64,000 bases of DNA from Oikopleura dioica (taxonomy: Eukaryota; Animalia; Chordata). The stretch is taken from contig OU015568.1 in NCBI GenBank assembly GCA_907165135.1, positions 8,308,001 through 8,372,000 on the forward strand, written 5' to 3'. The position numbers and the translations under genes were made by a program. Position 1 is the first letter of the stretch. Each line of letters begins with the position of its first letter. The notes under the pieces were generated by a model. The model saw only the letters and a list, made by a program, of their open reading frames with translations. It was not told the origin of the DNA and ran no database searches. Below, one piece after another: positions 51,243-64,000 of the stretch.

Positions 51243-51591
51243 CTAACCAAATGGACTCAAATAGTCTTGTACATAGTCCGGCGCTTCTTCTTCAAGATTA
51301 TGTTCAGCATTTTTGAAGTCCTCTTTGTATCTATCGATGTAAATAGCTATTACTTTGTCGCAGTTTTTTTGGGCTTTGAAATAATCGAATCTGTAGAAAG
51401 TTTTTGTACGCATTTCCATCTGAACTTAAAAAAATATTTTAACATTCTTATTTTTTTAACACAAGATTTCATAAAATAAAAAATGTAGCGTTCTTACTTT
51501 TTATACAATCGAGCTGGAATTTTTGAAGTTCCTCAATAAAAAAACCGATTGCGAAAACAAAAAGAACGCTTAGACTTTTAAATATTTTCAT
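51243..51591 (-). CDS. Small secreted protein, tandem copy 3 (91 aa)
   Basis: Exons 51591-51498 and 51424-51243: MKIFKSLSVLFVFAIGFFIEELQKFQLDCIKIQMEMRTKTFYRFDYFKAQKNCDKVIAIYIDRYKEDFKNAEHNLEEEAPDYVQDYLSPFG*; TATAAAA at ~51638-51644. Confidence 0.88.
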
Positions 51592-51849
51592 TTTCGTAGT
51601 AATACTGAATTGATTGTTATTGAAGAAACGCTTTTCTTTTATACTCGAAAATTTGAATTATTCACTCGATCAAGTTAATATCATTTCTTATAAAAAATGT
51701 TTGCACACGTTCAGGTTGTTCCAAGCCGCCTTTCGCGGTTTAATATTAATAATGCGAGACGGAGCTTATGTTCTAGTATCCACCCTTTCTTCAGGGTTCA
51801 AGATAATAGCTGCTTATTTTATCCAGGATCCAGCCATCGCTTTCAAACC

Positions 51850-52347
51850 AGAGTTGCAAATTTGCTGAGCTGAGTGAGCTGAGCTGGCTGAGTGAGCTGA
51901 GCAGTCGCTCAGCTCAGCTCACTGATTTTCGAAAACGAATTTATCTGCTCAGTTCAGCTCAGCTCAGACAATAATCACTCAGCTCAGCTCATCTCAATTA
52001 TTCTCGAACATGATCTGTTCAGCTCAGCTCAGCTCAGACAAGTATCATTCAGCTCAGCTCAGCTCAATAATTCTAACACAATTTCACTACTAAAAAACAG
52101 TAAAAACAGCTCAACTCAGTTCACTCAGCTCAGCTCAGCTCAAATTAGGGTCTGCTCAGCTCAGCTCAGCTCAACGACCTTAAAAGAAGGTCTGCTCAGC
52201 TCAGCTCAGCTCAATGACCTCTGAAAATGGCCAGCTCAGCTCAGCTCAGCTCAGTGTGCTCCGAAATAGGTCAGCTCAGCTCAGAGAATTTCTCACACAG
52301 GGCAGCTCAGCTCAGCTTAACGAAAATAAAGCCAAATTCGCAACTCT
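51850..52347. mobile_element. ~500-bp non-autonomous TIR element filled with (GCTCA)n microsatellite
   Basis: TIR AGAGTTGCAAATTTG / CAAATTCGCAACTCT (1 mismatch), flanked by TTTCAAACC on both sides (9-10-bp TSD-like). The interior has TGAGC runs followed by many GCTCA runs. Confidence 0.75.
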
Positions 52348-52394
52348 TTTTCAAACCACTTTTAATTTATTGTTTATTCGTTGTAACAGCTTTT

Positions 52395-52713
52395 TTATCC
52401 AAAAAGAGGACTCAAGTAATCCTCTGCATAGTCTGGCGCTTCTTCTTCAAGATCATGATCTCCCTTTTCGAAATCGTCCTTATATTTATCGATATACGCA
52501 GTAAGAACTTTGTCACAGTCTCCTTGCGCTTTAAAATAGTCGAATCTGGCAATATCCCATTCCGTACGGCTCTCCATCAAAACTGAATAATTACTGTTTC
52601 GGAATTCTGCAATTATAAATACTTCTCATGCAATCTAGTTGGAATTTCTGAAGATCGGCAATCGAAAAACCCCAAGCAAGAGTAAAAAGAGAGCAAAGAT
52701 TCTTTAGCAACAT
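52395..52713 (-). CDS. Small secreted protein, tandem copy 4 (92 aa)
   Basis: Exons 52713-52623 and 52582-52395: MLLKNLCSLFTLAWGFSIADLQKFQLDCMRILMESRTEWDIARFDYFKAQGDCDKVLTAYIDKYKDDFEKGDHDLEEEAPDYAEDYLSPLFG*; TATAAA at ~52749-52754. Confidence 0.88.
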
Positions 52714-52982
52714 TATTTTTGCGAAGAAAAAAGATAGAACACACCATCTTTATACTAGTCTCAATCTTAATAATTCACAACGTCAAATTATCATCCAGGA
52801 ATTTGTGTTACTAGCAACGGGAAGCAAGATTGACTTGTTATTAAAATTTCTGTACAAGAGCCGGGGAATGACGTTCCTCTGATGACCTGAATCTCTCAAT
52901 CCATGAACTTTCCAATATGGCATTGTGGATTTAGGTCATTGGCAGACAGTAATATTAATACTGTATTTAACTATAAAAATAG

Positions 52983-54523
52983 ACTGGTGAACTTATCTTG
53001 ACTGGATCCGATGACCTGAAAGCAATCGTTTGGTCTGTTTCTACCGGAGAACCGAAGAGGATTTTGGAAGGCCACAAAGGATACATTTGCTGCTGCGATT
53101 TCTGGTTCAACAAAAAGAAGCAGGAAACCCAAGCAGTGACTGCCTCCGCTGATCGGACGATCAAAATATGGCGAATCGCGGATGGAGTTTGCCAGCTTTC
53201 AATCGAGCATCATTCTCATGTAATGACGAAAATTACAATAAACAACGATTTGATTTTCTCTTCTTCTTATGATAAAACTGTAGCGATGGCGAATCTGCGA
53301 ACTGGCTCTCTGTAAGTCTACGTTAAAAATCATAAATACTATTTATTATTTTTTAGCATACGAAAATTTGAAGGACACCAGCACTCGGTCACGTGCTTCA
53401 ATCTTCTATTTGACGATCCAGCAGAAACGGCGGAGAAGAACTTCTTGACAACTGAGACTTGTGGTGATTCTCGGGATTTTCTTATAACTGGATCGTCCGA
53501 TTGGACTGCGAGAATTTGGGCCATCAAAAGTGGAGGAAAGGGTCAATGATAGTAATGCATAATTATAAGGTAGAGATGAAATGAAGAGATGAAACATTGA
53601 CCCTTGAAAGTTTATCTTCGCACATTCCAAGGTCACACCGGGCCAGTAATTTGCATGGCGCTCGATGTCGCCAGTCGTTCTCTCTTCACCGGCTCTTCTG
53701 ATCACAGCATCAAGAAATGGGACATTTCTAGCGGCGAATTTATCCAGTCAATGAAGGGTCATTCTTCTTCTATCACTCAAATCGCTCTCAAGAATAAAAT
53801 TCTCTTGTCCACCAGTGCGGATTGGAGCGTTCGAGTTTGGTCCGCTGATTATGGAGATTTCATCAAAACGTTTGAAAATGGCCATGAACACATGGTCAGC
53901 ACGATGAAGATTTCTGATGGAGTTGTTGTCACTGGAGACGGAAATGGAGTCATAAAGGTACTAGAGAATAAAAAAATCCTAGAATTAAAACAACATTAGG
54001 TATTTGATCCACGAGTTCTTCACGCAAAAGCTACTCTTCTTGGACATAAATATGCAATCAACTGTCTTTACACTTTCCCTGGGGGCATCATCATCTCGGG
54101 CAGTTACGATTCTTCCGTTCGAATTTGGAACATCAAAACTGTGCTTGAAAAATTAGACCCTGTCGAAGCCGAAGATCCAAAACTGGCCTACGATGATGAC
54201 GAGGAATATTTCGATGGAAGCAGAAAAAATTCGCTCAGAACACCAAGGTAACAGACATCTTCGTGAATTTATAATTGAGTATTCTATTTAGCCCTCAATT
54301 TGATGATACCTACGACACAGACGAAGACGAATTCCTCCGCGTTCAAAACGAAAAAGAACAGATTCGCCGACGAAGTCAAGTTGACGATATGCTTCAATCG
54401 TCTGTCCGTCAAATTGTTGAATACAATCTCATCGACGAAATCACTGATACCGTTCTCAATCAAATCAAAAAGAAAGACTCGACGAAAAAGAAAGTTGAAG
54501 TCCTTCCTGAGCTACTTGAATAA
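52983..54523 (+). CDS. WDR86: WD40-repeat protein 86-like with acidic C-terminal extension (first exon unresolved)
   Basis: About eight GH...WD repeats. FSSSYDKT, GHTGPVICMALDVASRSLFTGSSD and GHKYAINC match the repeat pattern I recall for WDR86. Confidence 0.75.
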
Positions 54524-54959
54524 ATTGAATAGTCGAAAACATGAAAATGATTGTTTTTATTTTTTTGTACAAAAGCGTGGTAAAAAAACAAAGCGGCGCA
54601 AGTTTAAGATTTTCAAATTTCAGTGCTAGCGACTGCTTGAAGCTCAACTTCTTCGACTTCGACGGGAGCTTCTTCCGCGCTCGATTCTGGGTCAGTTTCC
54701 TTAGACTGTCACAATTTATGAAAGTGACGTGATTCTTGAGTACCTTTTTCTTCGCTTGGTATTTCTTTATCGATTCAAGAACAATTCCCAAGAAGATGAG
54801 AGTAAAGACAAAACCCCAAAGAATGAAGAAACCAATGGCGTCATTAGGGATTTCTTCTGTAGCTGCGTCAACTTGCTCGACCGTCTGATATTTTGCTTTA
54901 GAAAAATGATCACATTACTTACATTTTCTTAGCTAAAATTCAAAAAACAAATCCTGAAC

Positions 54960-55390
54960 TCGTTCGTCCATGCTTCCTGCTTGAAAATCTAACTCATTGA
55001 CGCTCTACAAGTAAATAGACACATCAGGATTCTAGAGAACCGCACACGATTCTTTGTTTAAAATTCTGATTTAGTTATTTTATGATTTATATTTTTCTTT
55101 GATAATTGTAACTAGACAATATCGACACCGACGAAGGATATCAAAGATCAATTTCGCGAGGGACGAGTAGAACTCGCAGTAAGCTAGTAGAACATGCATA
55201 AGCTGGTATTTTGATTCCTGCTTGAGAATATTAGCTTATTATAGCCTGCAAATAAATAGACAGACCAGGATTCAAGAAATACACTCCCAGAATCGATGAT
55301 TGAGATTTTCTATTTGATAATTTTATGATTTTTATTATTTTTGATAATTTGAACTGGGCGACATCGATGCCGACGTAGGATGCCCAACTC
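54960..55390. repeat. Diverged ~240-bp tandem duplication
   Basis: Blocks TAAATAGACA..CAGGATTC, TTTTATGATTT..TTTGATAATT..AACT and ATCGA..CCGACG.AGGAT recur at ~55015-55145 and ~55255-55385. Confidence 0.55.
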
Positions 55391-56089
55391 GTTTTTGTAA
55401 AGCCGTAATGGTGATCAGAGCGATATTCAATCGGTAGCACTAGAGTTGATGGCGTCAGGGACAAGTATTGGACACACAGAATTGGCCTAGATTTTCGGTT
55501 GAGGTTTCGCGCCCTCGGGGTGGGCAACCCTCTCTCCAGCGGCCGAAAATGAGAGGCAAAGAGCCGCTTTTTCCGACGCAGATAAGCTGGGGTGAGCGGC
55601 CTACTCGCGACGGCGCCATGTGCAGAAATAAATAAATAAGAAACACCTGGTAATGGAAGCTGCTTTCGCTTTTGCCTAACCGAATTTCGGCAAGCTGAGC
55701 TGAGCGTCCGAACCAGGATAGCGATAAATTACAGATGAAGATGAGAATGGTTATTTTTTCATTTTTTGGTGCACCGAGAAAGTCGCGAAGTCTGACACTG
55801 GGCAGAGAGCGAGAGGGACAGAATACTAGCGTTGGACATTTTACCTATATAAATTTATATCGTAAAAGGTCACGATTTTTATGAAATTTTGCTTTTTTCT
55901 GAAGGGTATTTAAAAATGAATGTCTAGAATGCGGGTGGCCGACGATGGTACCACGCTTGTGTTGGGGAGAAAGGTGCCAGAGGGGAAAAGAGAAGGAGCA
56001 CGAAGAGGTTACAGTTCATGTCCCAAATAATAAAAATTGAATCTCACTCTTCCGGTAATCGGAAGAGAATGGATCGTAACCTAGCTGGC

Positions 56090-58407
<2,318 letters not shown>

Positions 58408-58908
58408 TTAAACCTGTCTGAAAGAATTGTTTCAAGTTTCGAAGTGAACAATTTATTTTAATCGCAATAATAAAAATTATTTCAGATTGATGTTATAAGG
58501 TTTTTAAGAGACTTTTCAACGAAAAGTCACAATTGATTCTTTAATTTTGTCTCATAGACTGGCAGTCTGGTAGACAGAAGAGTGACCAAGGCCCTATTTC
58601 TGGGCACATTTTTTTTTTGAATTTTCACTGAAATGGGGCTTGAAATTTTTAACCTTGAATAACGATAAAATTGTAACGGATAGTAGAATGTTTAGTCGTT
58701 GATATAGAGAGATATAGAACTATCTCTCTTTCTGTAAATTGGGAAGGCGGATAAAGCACGAAATGGCACCAATAAATAGAAAATAAGAAGCAGTGGCGCG
58801 ATTATTCAAATTATCAAGAAACTTTTCTTTTGAGCAAAACTTGAAAACTTTGAGTTGAAAACGGATCAACAAAAAGAGAAAAATAAGAAAATCGCGCGTT
58901 AGAAATCG

Positions 58909-60956
58909 CTAGCGATTGTTGGAGTTAAGTTTGCGGTCAAGAGCATAGTAGTTGGTCCCGTTCTGGAGCTTGACATTTAGGTTTGGATTCAGCAAGCCCA
59001 TTGTCGAGCTGTGGAGCAGGGGTTGGAGCGTTTGATTCATGTTTGACATCATAGGTTGGGACATACGAAGCTGGTGCATCTGAACAACATCTCTTTTTAG
59101 CAAAAATGTAGCTTTTTCGAATGAAAAACACAAGTGCTCTAGAGAAATCGAGTACACATACCGGAGGGCGGAGCAGTTGTGAACTTTGATCTAGAGAACT
59201 GTGTAGAACGGATGCTCGATGGAGCTCGTGAGGATTCGGCGCTAGAATCGCCGCGCCACTCTGGTGCAAGGTGAATGCTTGAGGAAATTGCTAAAAAATG
59301 TGTTGTTTGCTAAGAAAACTGTTGATTCCCAGGGGCGACTTACCGTACTATGCGACATGGGAACAATTCTCATTGGCGCCTGACGCGGTTGTGGAATCGG
59401 CGAGAGCTGACGCAGTGAATGATGATCAGCCGCACCGAGTCGACCGGTGGGAGGCGTCACTTGTCCCCTTGAGTAACTAATTGGCAGGTCGAGAGAGGAG
59501 TGCGGAGTAGGCTTGGTGGACTGGCGCTGGTGTCCTACAGAGGAAGGCCGCGAGGAGGAAGCTACGGGACTTGGCTCTGGGCGCGTAGGCGTGCGCCTTG
59601 CCTCGGGTGTCCCCCCTACACGTGATGGAGCGATTTCGGGAAGAGTCTTTATGATCGAGCCACCAGCTGGTCGTGAAGCGACGGTATTAGGTAAAATGAC
59701 GGCGGTGCCTTTTGGCGCGATAGGCGGCCCACCACCTCCGCCCCCGAGAATGTCGTTCATCATGAAGGGCGTCGAAGGATTGCTCCGTCTTAGCGGCTGA
59801 ATAAAGCGCTCACGAGAAAGAAGGTAGAAAGATGGTTTACCTGTGTAACTGGCAGGGTAACGATAGTACAGCTTTGGGCGACCGGGGGCGACTGAATTAC
59901 CGACGTTGGCGCTCCTTTCGAGCTGGAGCAAGTGACTGGCACCGGAATTGCAAGAGGCGTTGCGGATTTGATGATGACAGAAGGAAGAGTTGAATTTTCA
60001 GATTTATCGGATTTGTGCGAAAGTCGACGGCCATTCTGCTGAATGATGATCGCACCAGTTGGAGGCTCTGTCTTGACAATGGTTGACAGCTGAACTGGCT
60101 CCGTCTTGGCTTCGACCTTTTCTTCCTTGACTTCGTCTTTTGACCGCGCTCGGTCGACGTTCAGCTGTTTCCGTAATCGTGACACAGCCTTCTTCACCTT
60201 CTGAGTGGACTTGTTCGGGCTGCGCTGAAATCTCTTGGGGAGTTTTCGATCGCGCTTGGGACGGATCGTGGGAACTTTGGCCTCGATGACCTCTTTGATG
60301 ACGATTTCACTTTTTCTTTTACGACCTGGCTTTGAACTGGAGGAATCAGGTTTCTCCTCGCCGATGCGGATCACTGTTCCTCCGGGGAGTTTTATCCGCG
60401 TTTCGTCGTTTGCCAGACTGAAAAGTATAAAGCTGAAAAAGATGCAGAAAAGTTATAATCTTACGGTTCGAAATTGCTCCTGATTGAAGGAATTTCGACA
60501 ACTGGCAAGTCGTTCGCGGCAGTATCTTCTTGAGGAAGAGGGACAGGGACTTTTGGCTTCATCCGCGTCTTTTCGATCTTCTTGAGAATGTCATCAGCGA
60601 GTTTGCGTTGAGCGATGGTCGCCATGCCAAACGGCTCGGTCGAAGCTGGCACGGTGCGGCGGACGCGACGAAGCCAAGCAGTCGAGGTGTCGCATCCGCG
60701 CACTTGCTGCTCGACTTTGCGCAGATCGCTGTTGGAACAAGCGCGGCGAACTTCAGCACAATGCCTCGGCTGAAAAAACATAATAGCAAAAACAGACAAG
60801 TTTGAAGGATAATACCTCTGAGATTTTGAAGGTCTTCTTCAAGGATTCAACCAATTGTTGAGCATTCGGACTGAGCGGATCACTCACACGGAGGGCATCA
60901 ATGGCCGCTGCGTAAGCTTTCAACTGAAGCGCCCGCAGTGCCAAGGAACCCTCCAT
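58909..60956 (-). CDS. EMSY: EMSY-like ENT-domain chromatin protein
   Basis: ENT domain LRALQLKAYAAAIDALRVSDPLS...FKISE/PRHCAEVRRA...W..RVRRTVP, followed by Lys-rich and Pro/Ser-rich low-complexity exons. Confidence 0.82.
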
Positions 60957-61044
60957 CGACACGACAATTTTTTACAGACACAATGAGAATCGCCCGATTT
61001 CTAAAATAAAAACCATCAAAATTCATGACTGAAGTCACAAAAGT

Positions 61045-61920
61045 CTAAATAGAAGTGAAGCCTTCTGCAGCAAGGGAGGCAACAGTCGGTTCAAAAGCAC
61101 AGCCCTTTCTTCTGATGAGGTAACTTTTTGCATCGAAATCGAGTTCTACTAAACGGTCAAAACATGACTAAAATAAAGTTGAAATCAAGGAAGAGAACCA
61201 CTTTTGACTTGTGAAAATAATCAACTTGAGGCGCGAAAATCTTAGAAAATTACTTTCTTAGTTAAAAAATATACGAAAATACATGAGATTATGTTCAATT
61301 GTCAGCAGTAAAACTTCTCGTAATTGAACAATTTCTACTTCTAGCTTTAATTGTTACGCAAAGCCGTGAAGCGAACAATGACTCCCTCGACAATCACTGT
61401 CAAAATATGCGCTGGAGTCACTCCTACACATAAAAATGGTTTGCTTTGTTCATGTTTGCTCGAGTCTTGGTTCGACCGTTTTCCTACTACAGTTGAGCCC
61501 GCGCGCGACATGCTCGTTGGAATGCCGAGCTCTGTTTCGACAATGGCGTCGAGCAGGGGATGGAGATCGGCAAAATCATTACGAGTGAGGGCCGATTTCG
61601 CCCCTGACTTATTGGCCGAGGTCAAACAGAGTGGCTCGCGGCGAGAGAGCAGTCGCGAAATCGTGTTGTCAGGAATGCGGATGCCAATCGTAGAGCAATC
61701 TGGATTGACATGAGCTGGAATAAGATGGCTTCGCGGGACCACAAGAGTTACTGCTCCAGGAAGTAGGCGACTGATAAGGGTCTTAGCCAAAGTGGAACTG
61801 ATAACTTACTGAAAACTAAATTATCACGTGGTAAATAGCATAATGCATAAAAGAGCAAACACAGTAACTTACAATTGCGTATCTTTCTGATACCTATATG
61901 AATATATATGCTGAACAATA
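61045..61920 (-). CDS. YRDC: YrdC/Sua5 threonylcarbamoyl-AMP synthase (C-terminal part; 5' exons not located)
   Basis: LLPGAVTLVV, NPDCSTIGIRIPD, PLCLTSANKSG, GSTVV/ELDFDAKSYLIRRKGCAFEPTVASL (last exon 61145-61045). Confidence 0.85.
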
Positions 61921-62020
61921 TGAAGGCTAGACATCTGTGCCTTATTATTGCCCATCTAAACGCATATAAGAATAAGTAAAAAGGGCAATTGTGAACAAGT
62001 AAATGAGAACACCGGATAAG

Positions 62021-63276
62021 TTTCGAAAAATGTTTTCAGGCCAAAAATCACTTTTTAACTGTTAGTGCCATCTTCACCGCCGTCTCAAACCGAGTCGAAC
62101 GGTATATGTCTGGCCTCGGAATCCTGTAAACAGGAACAGGGACAGGAACAGGGATTTTAGTTTTTGGCCCATTTGCAAAACAGGAAACAGGACAGGATAA
62201 AATACACAGGAACAGGTCCTGTTTTACAGGTTTCACAGGTTTTGCAGGCCTGTAAACTCAAATTTCAGGGTTTTAATTTTTCCTTGAAGAATCAAAATGA
62301 AGAATTTTTTCTCGTTATAATCATGTCTATAGACAGTTTCAACTATAAAAGGTTCTTTATAACATATTTGAAAGAAATTCCAAGAAAATTTTTACGAAAA
62401 ATACCTTATCTTCCGAATTTCTCGCCTGTTTTCCTGCAATTTTTTACAGGCCTGTTTCAATTTTACAGGGCTGTCCCTGTAAACAGGCGTGTTTTCATGT
62501 ATTTCCTGTATTTCCTGTTAACAGGCCTGTTTACAGGTTTATTTTGGTCTCGAAATGCAAGACAGGAAACAGGACAGGGTCCAAAAACAGGAAACAGGAC
62601 CTGTTTCAGGTTTTTAGACAGGTCAGAATTCCGAGGCCAGGTATATGTATCGCTTGAAAATTCTAGAGTTTCGTGTACTTCCGGTCGAATTTACGAAATT
62701 GTAGTATTCCACTGCCGTTTTTGATAAAGAAATGGTACTATTGCATATAGCATATCAAAATGACCGCTAGGACGTGAGGAGTGCAGGGTCTCAAAAAATA
62801 AGTACTTTTGCAAAGAAAAGTACCTACTAATAATTATTTTGTGATTTTTAGCACTAAAAATATCAATTATTGTTTTTTCGGGCAGAAAGCATGATGGATA
62901 ATCAAGTTATATCTCTTATAAATAAATCTACAAAGAAAACTACATTTAAATCGAAAATTTCTTGAAATTTGATATTTTTAGTGCTAAAAATCACAAAATA
63001 ATTATTTTTAGGTACTTTTCTTTGCAAAAGTACTTATTTTTGAGACCCCTGCACTCCTCACGTCCTAGCGGTCATTTTGATATGCTATATGCCATAGTAC
63101 CATTTCTGTATCAAAAACGGCAGTGGAATACTAGAATTTCGTAAATTTGACCGGAAATACACGAAACTCTAGAATTTTCAAGCGATACATATACCGTTCG
63201 ACTCGGTTTGAGACGGCGGTGAAGATGGCACTAACAGTTAAAAAGTGATTTTTTGGCCTGAAAATATTTTTCGAAA
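62021..63276. mobile_element. Large foldback element (~310-bp near-perfect inverted arms, ~100-bp spacer); left arm interrupted
   Basis: 62021-62109 plus 62641-62866 is the reverse complement of ~62969-63276, with only scattered mismatches. Confidence 0.88.
62110..62640. mobile_element. 531-bp MITE with 8-bp TSD (hAT-like) nested in the foldback arm
   Basis: TIR CTGGCCTCGGAAT / ATTCCGAGGCCAG. GTATATGT is duplicated at 62102-62109 and 62641-62648 but is single-copy in the intact right arm. The interior is rich in ACAGG/CCTGT. Confidence 0.9.
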
Positions 63277-64000
63277 ATCATCACCGGATTGCTTGAAATA
63301 TTCATCACGTGATTAATTATTCAAGCGCTAGTGAGATATTGCATTCCGCGATTATCATAGTTCTACAAAATAAGACCCGACTATTCTTCATTTAAAATTC
63401 ACATTAGTAAGTGTGCGCCTGGCAAAGGGTGTTTCGCCAAGTTCCGTGTTTATTTCGAACACAAGCACCTTTCGTCAACTGGAGTACAAAACCAAAAGAA
63501 AGAAATGTGTGGATTACGAAAGGTCGAATGCGTATTTCGGCGCGATAAGCTCGAGCAGCTTCAGTATAAATATTTGCCAAGGCCGTGCCTGAGTAGCTCT
63601 TTAAATCTGTCCAAATTCGGGAGGTAGTGAAGAACTTGGGCAATCGTGGAGAAACAAACCGCGACGGGTTTTGCCTCGCTACGACCTTTTTCAGGCTCAA
63701 TTTATAATTATAAGTACATTACGTATGTATCGATAATTTGGGTTCATAACTTTTAAAACCCATAAATTTTGAACTGTCGTCAATTTTGTTCTTGATTGAC
63801 TAACGACCATCTTCCTAGAGAGGATCAATAAAAGCCAAAAAGAAACATTTTCCTTTAGAAAAAAATTGAGCCAAGTTTCCTTTGATGTCATAAATGCGGC
63901 GATAGCCAATTTCGCTGGAGATTGAGGTGGCGATTCCGTAGAGCGTATCAGTTGGAAAAGCAATCACTCCATCCTCGCTGAAATTGGCTCCAAAAGTGTT

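Noticed and set aside
51866-52320. Regular repeats as a CRISPR-like array
   Set aside because: 5-bp microsatellite runs of variable length, no constant repeat-spacer unit, no cas genes, eukaryotic context.
49926-52713. Array genes as cionin/CCK/gastrin orthologues
   Set aside because: No GWMDF motif and no dibasic processing site; the resemblance is only in acidic/Tyr/Phe-Gly chemistry.
62164-62724. 186-aa ORF as a possible transposase
   Set aside because: Lies in the ACAGG/CCTGT-rich MITE interior; low complexity with no DDE or BED motifs.
63697-63963. FLKENVSFWL as a second RGS domain
   Set aside because: A single short motif at the window edge with no supporting helices or exons.

Overview
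Compact animal genomic DNA, not prokaryotic: no CRISPR array or rRNA was found. The many ~40-50 nt introns, several GA-AG/GG-AG introns forced by protein alignment, and tightly packed co-oriented genes point to an appendicularian tunicate such as Oikopleura; this is inferred from sequence style. About 25 genes were read by hand-splicing. In order: two tandem tetraspanin-like genes, a cytochrome P450, an SDR, a trypsin-like protease, an intron-containing tRNA-Tyr, an intronless FGF, a kinase/papain-like-protease fusion, RGS12/14, a Dlx homeobox gene in a large regulatory landscape, a small leaderless orphan, a RING protein, an ER cyclophilin, a mucin-CBM14 protein, Rap1, an ankyrin-TRP channel, an SLC43-like transporter, four tandem small secreted-protein genes, WDR86, PABP, EMSY and YRDC. 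Several MITE/foldback elements are also present. The best candidates for undescribed biology are (1) an intact 671-aa protein joining a degenerate protein kinase to a papain-fold Cys-His-Asn protease (14038-16241) and (2) a four-gene array of ~91-aa secreted one-disulfide proteins with acidic Tyr-rich tails, three ending in an amidation-type Gly, each behind a similar TATA/TAATT promoter (49926-52755). All family calls come from motif recognition by eye; no database searches were run.
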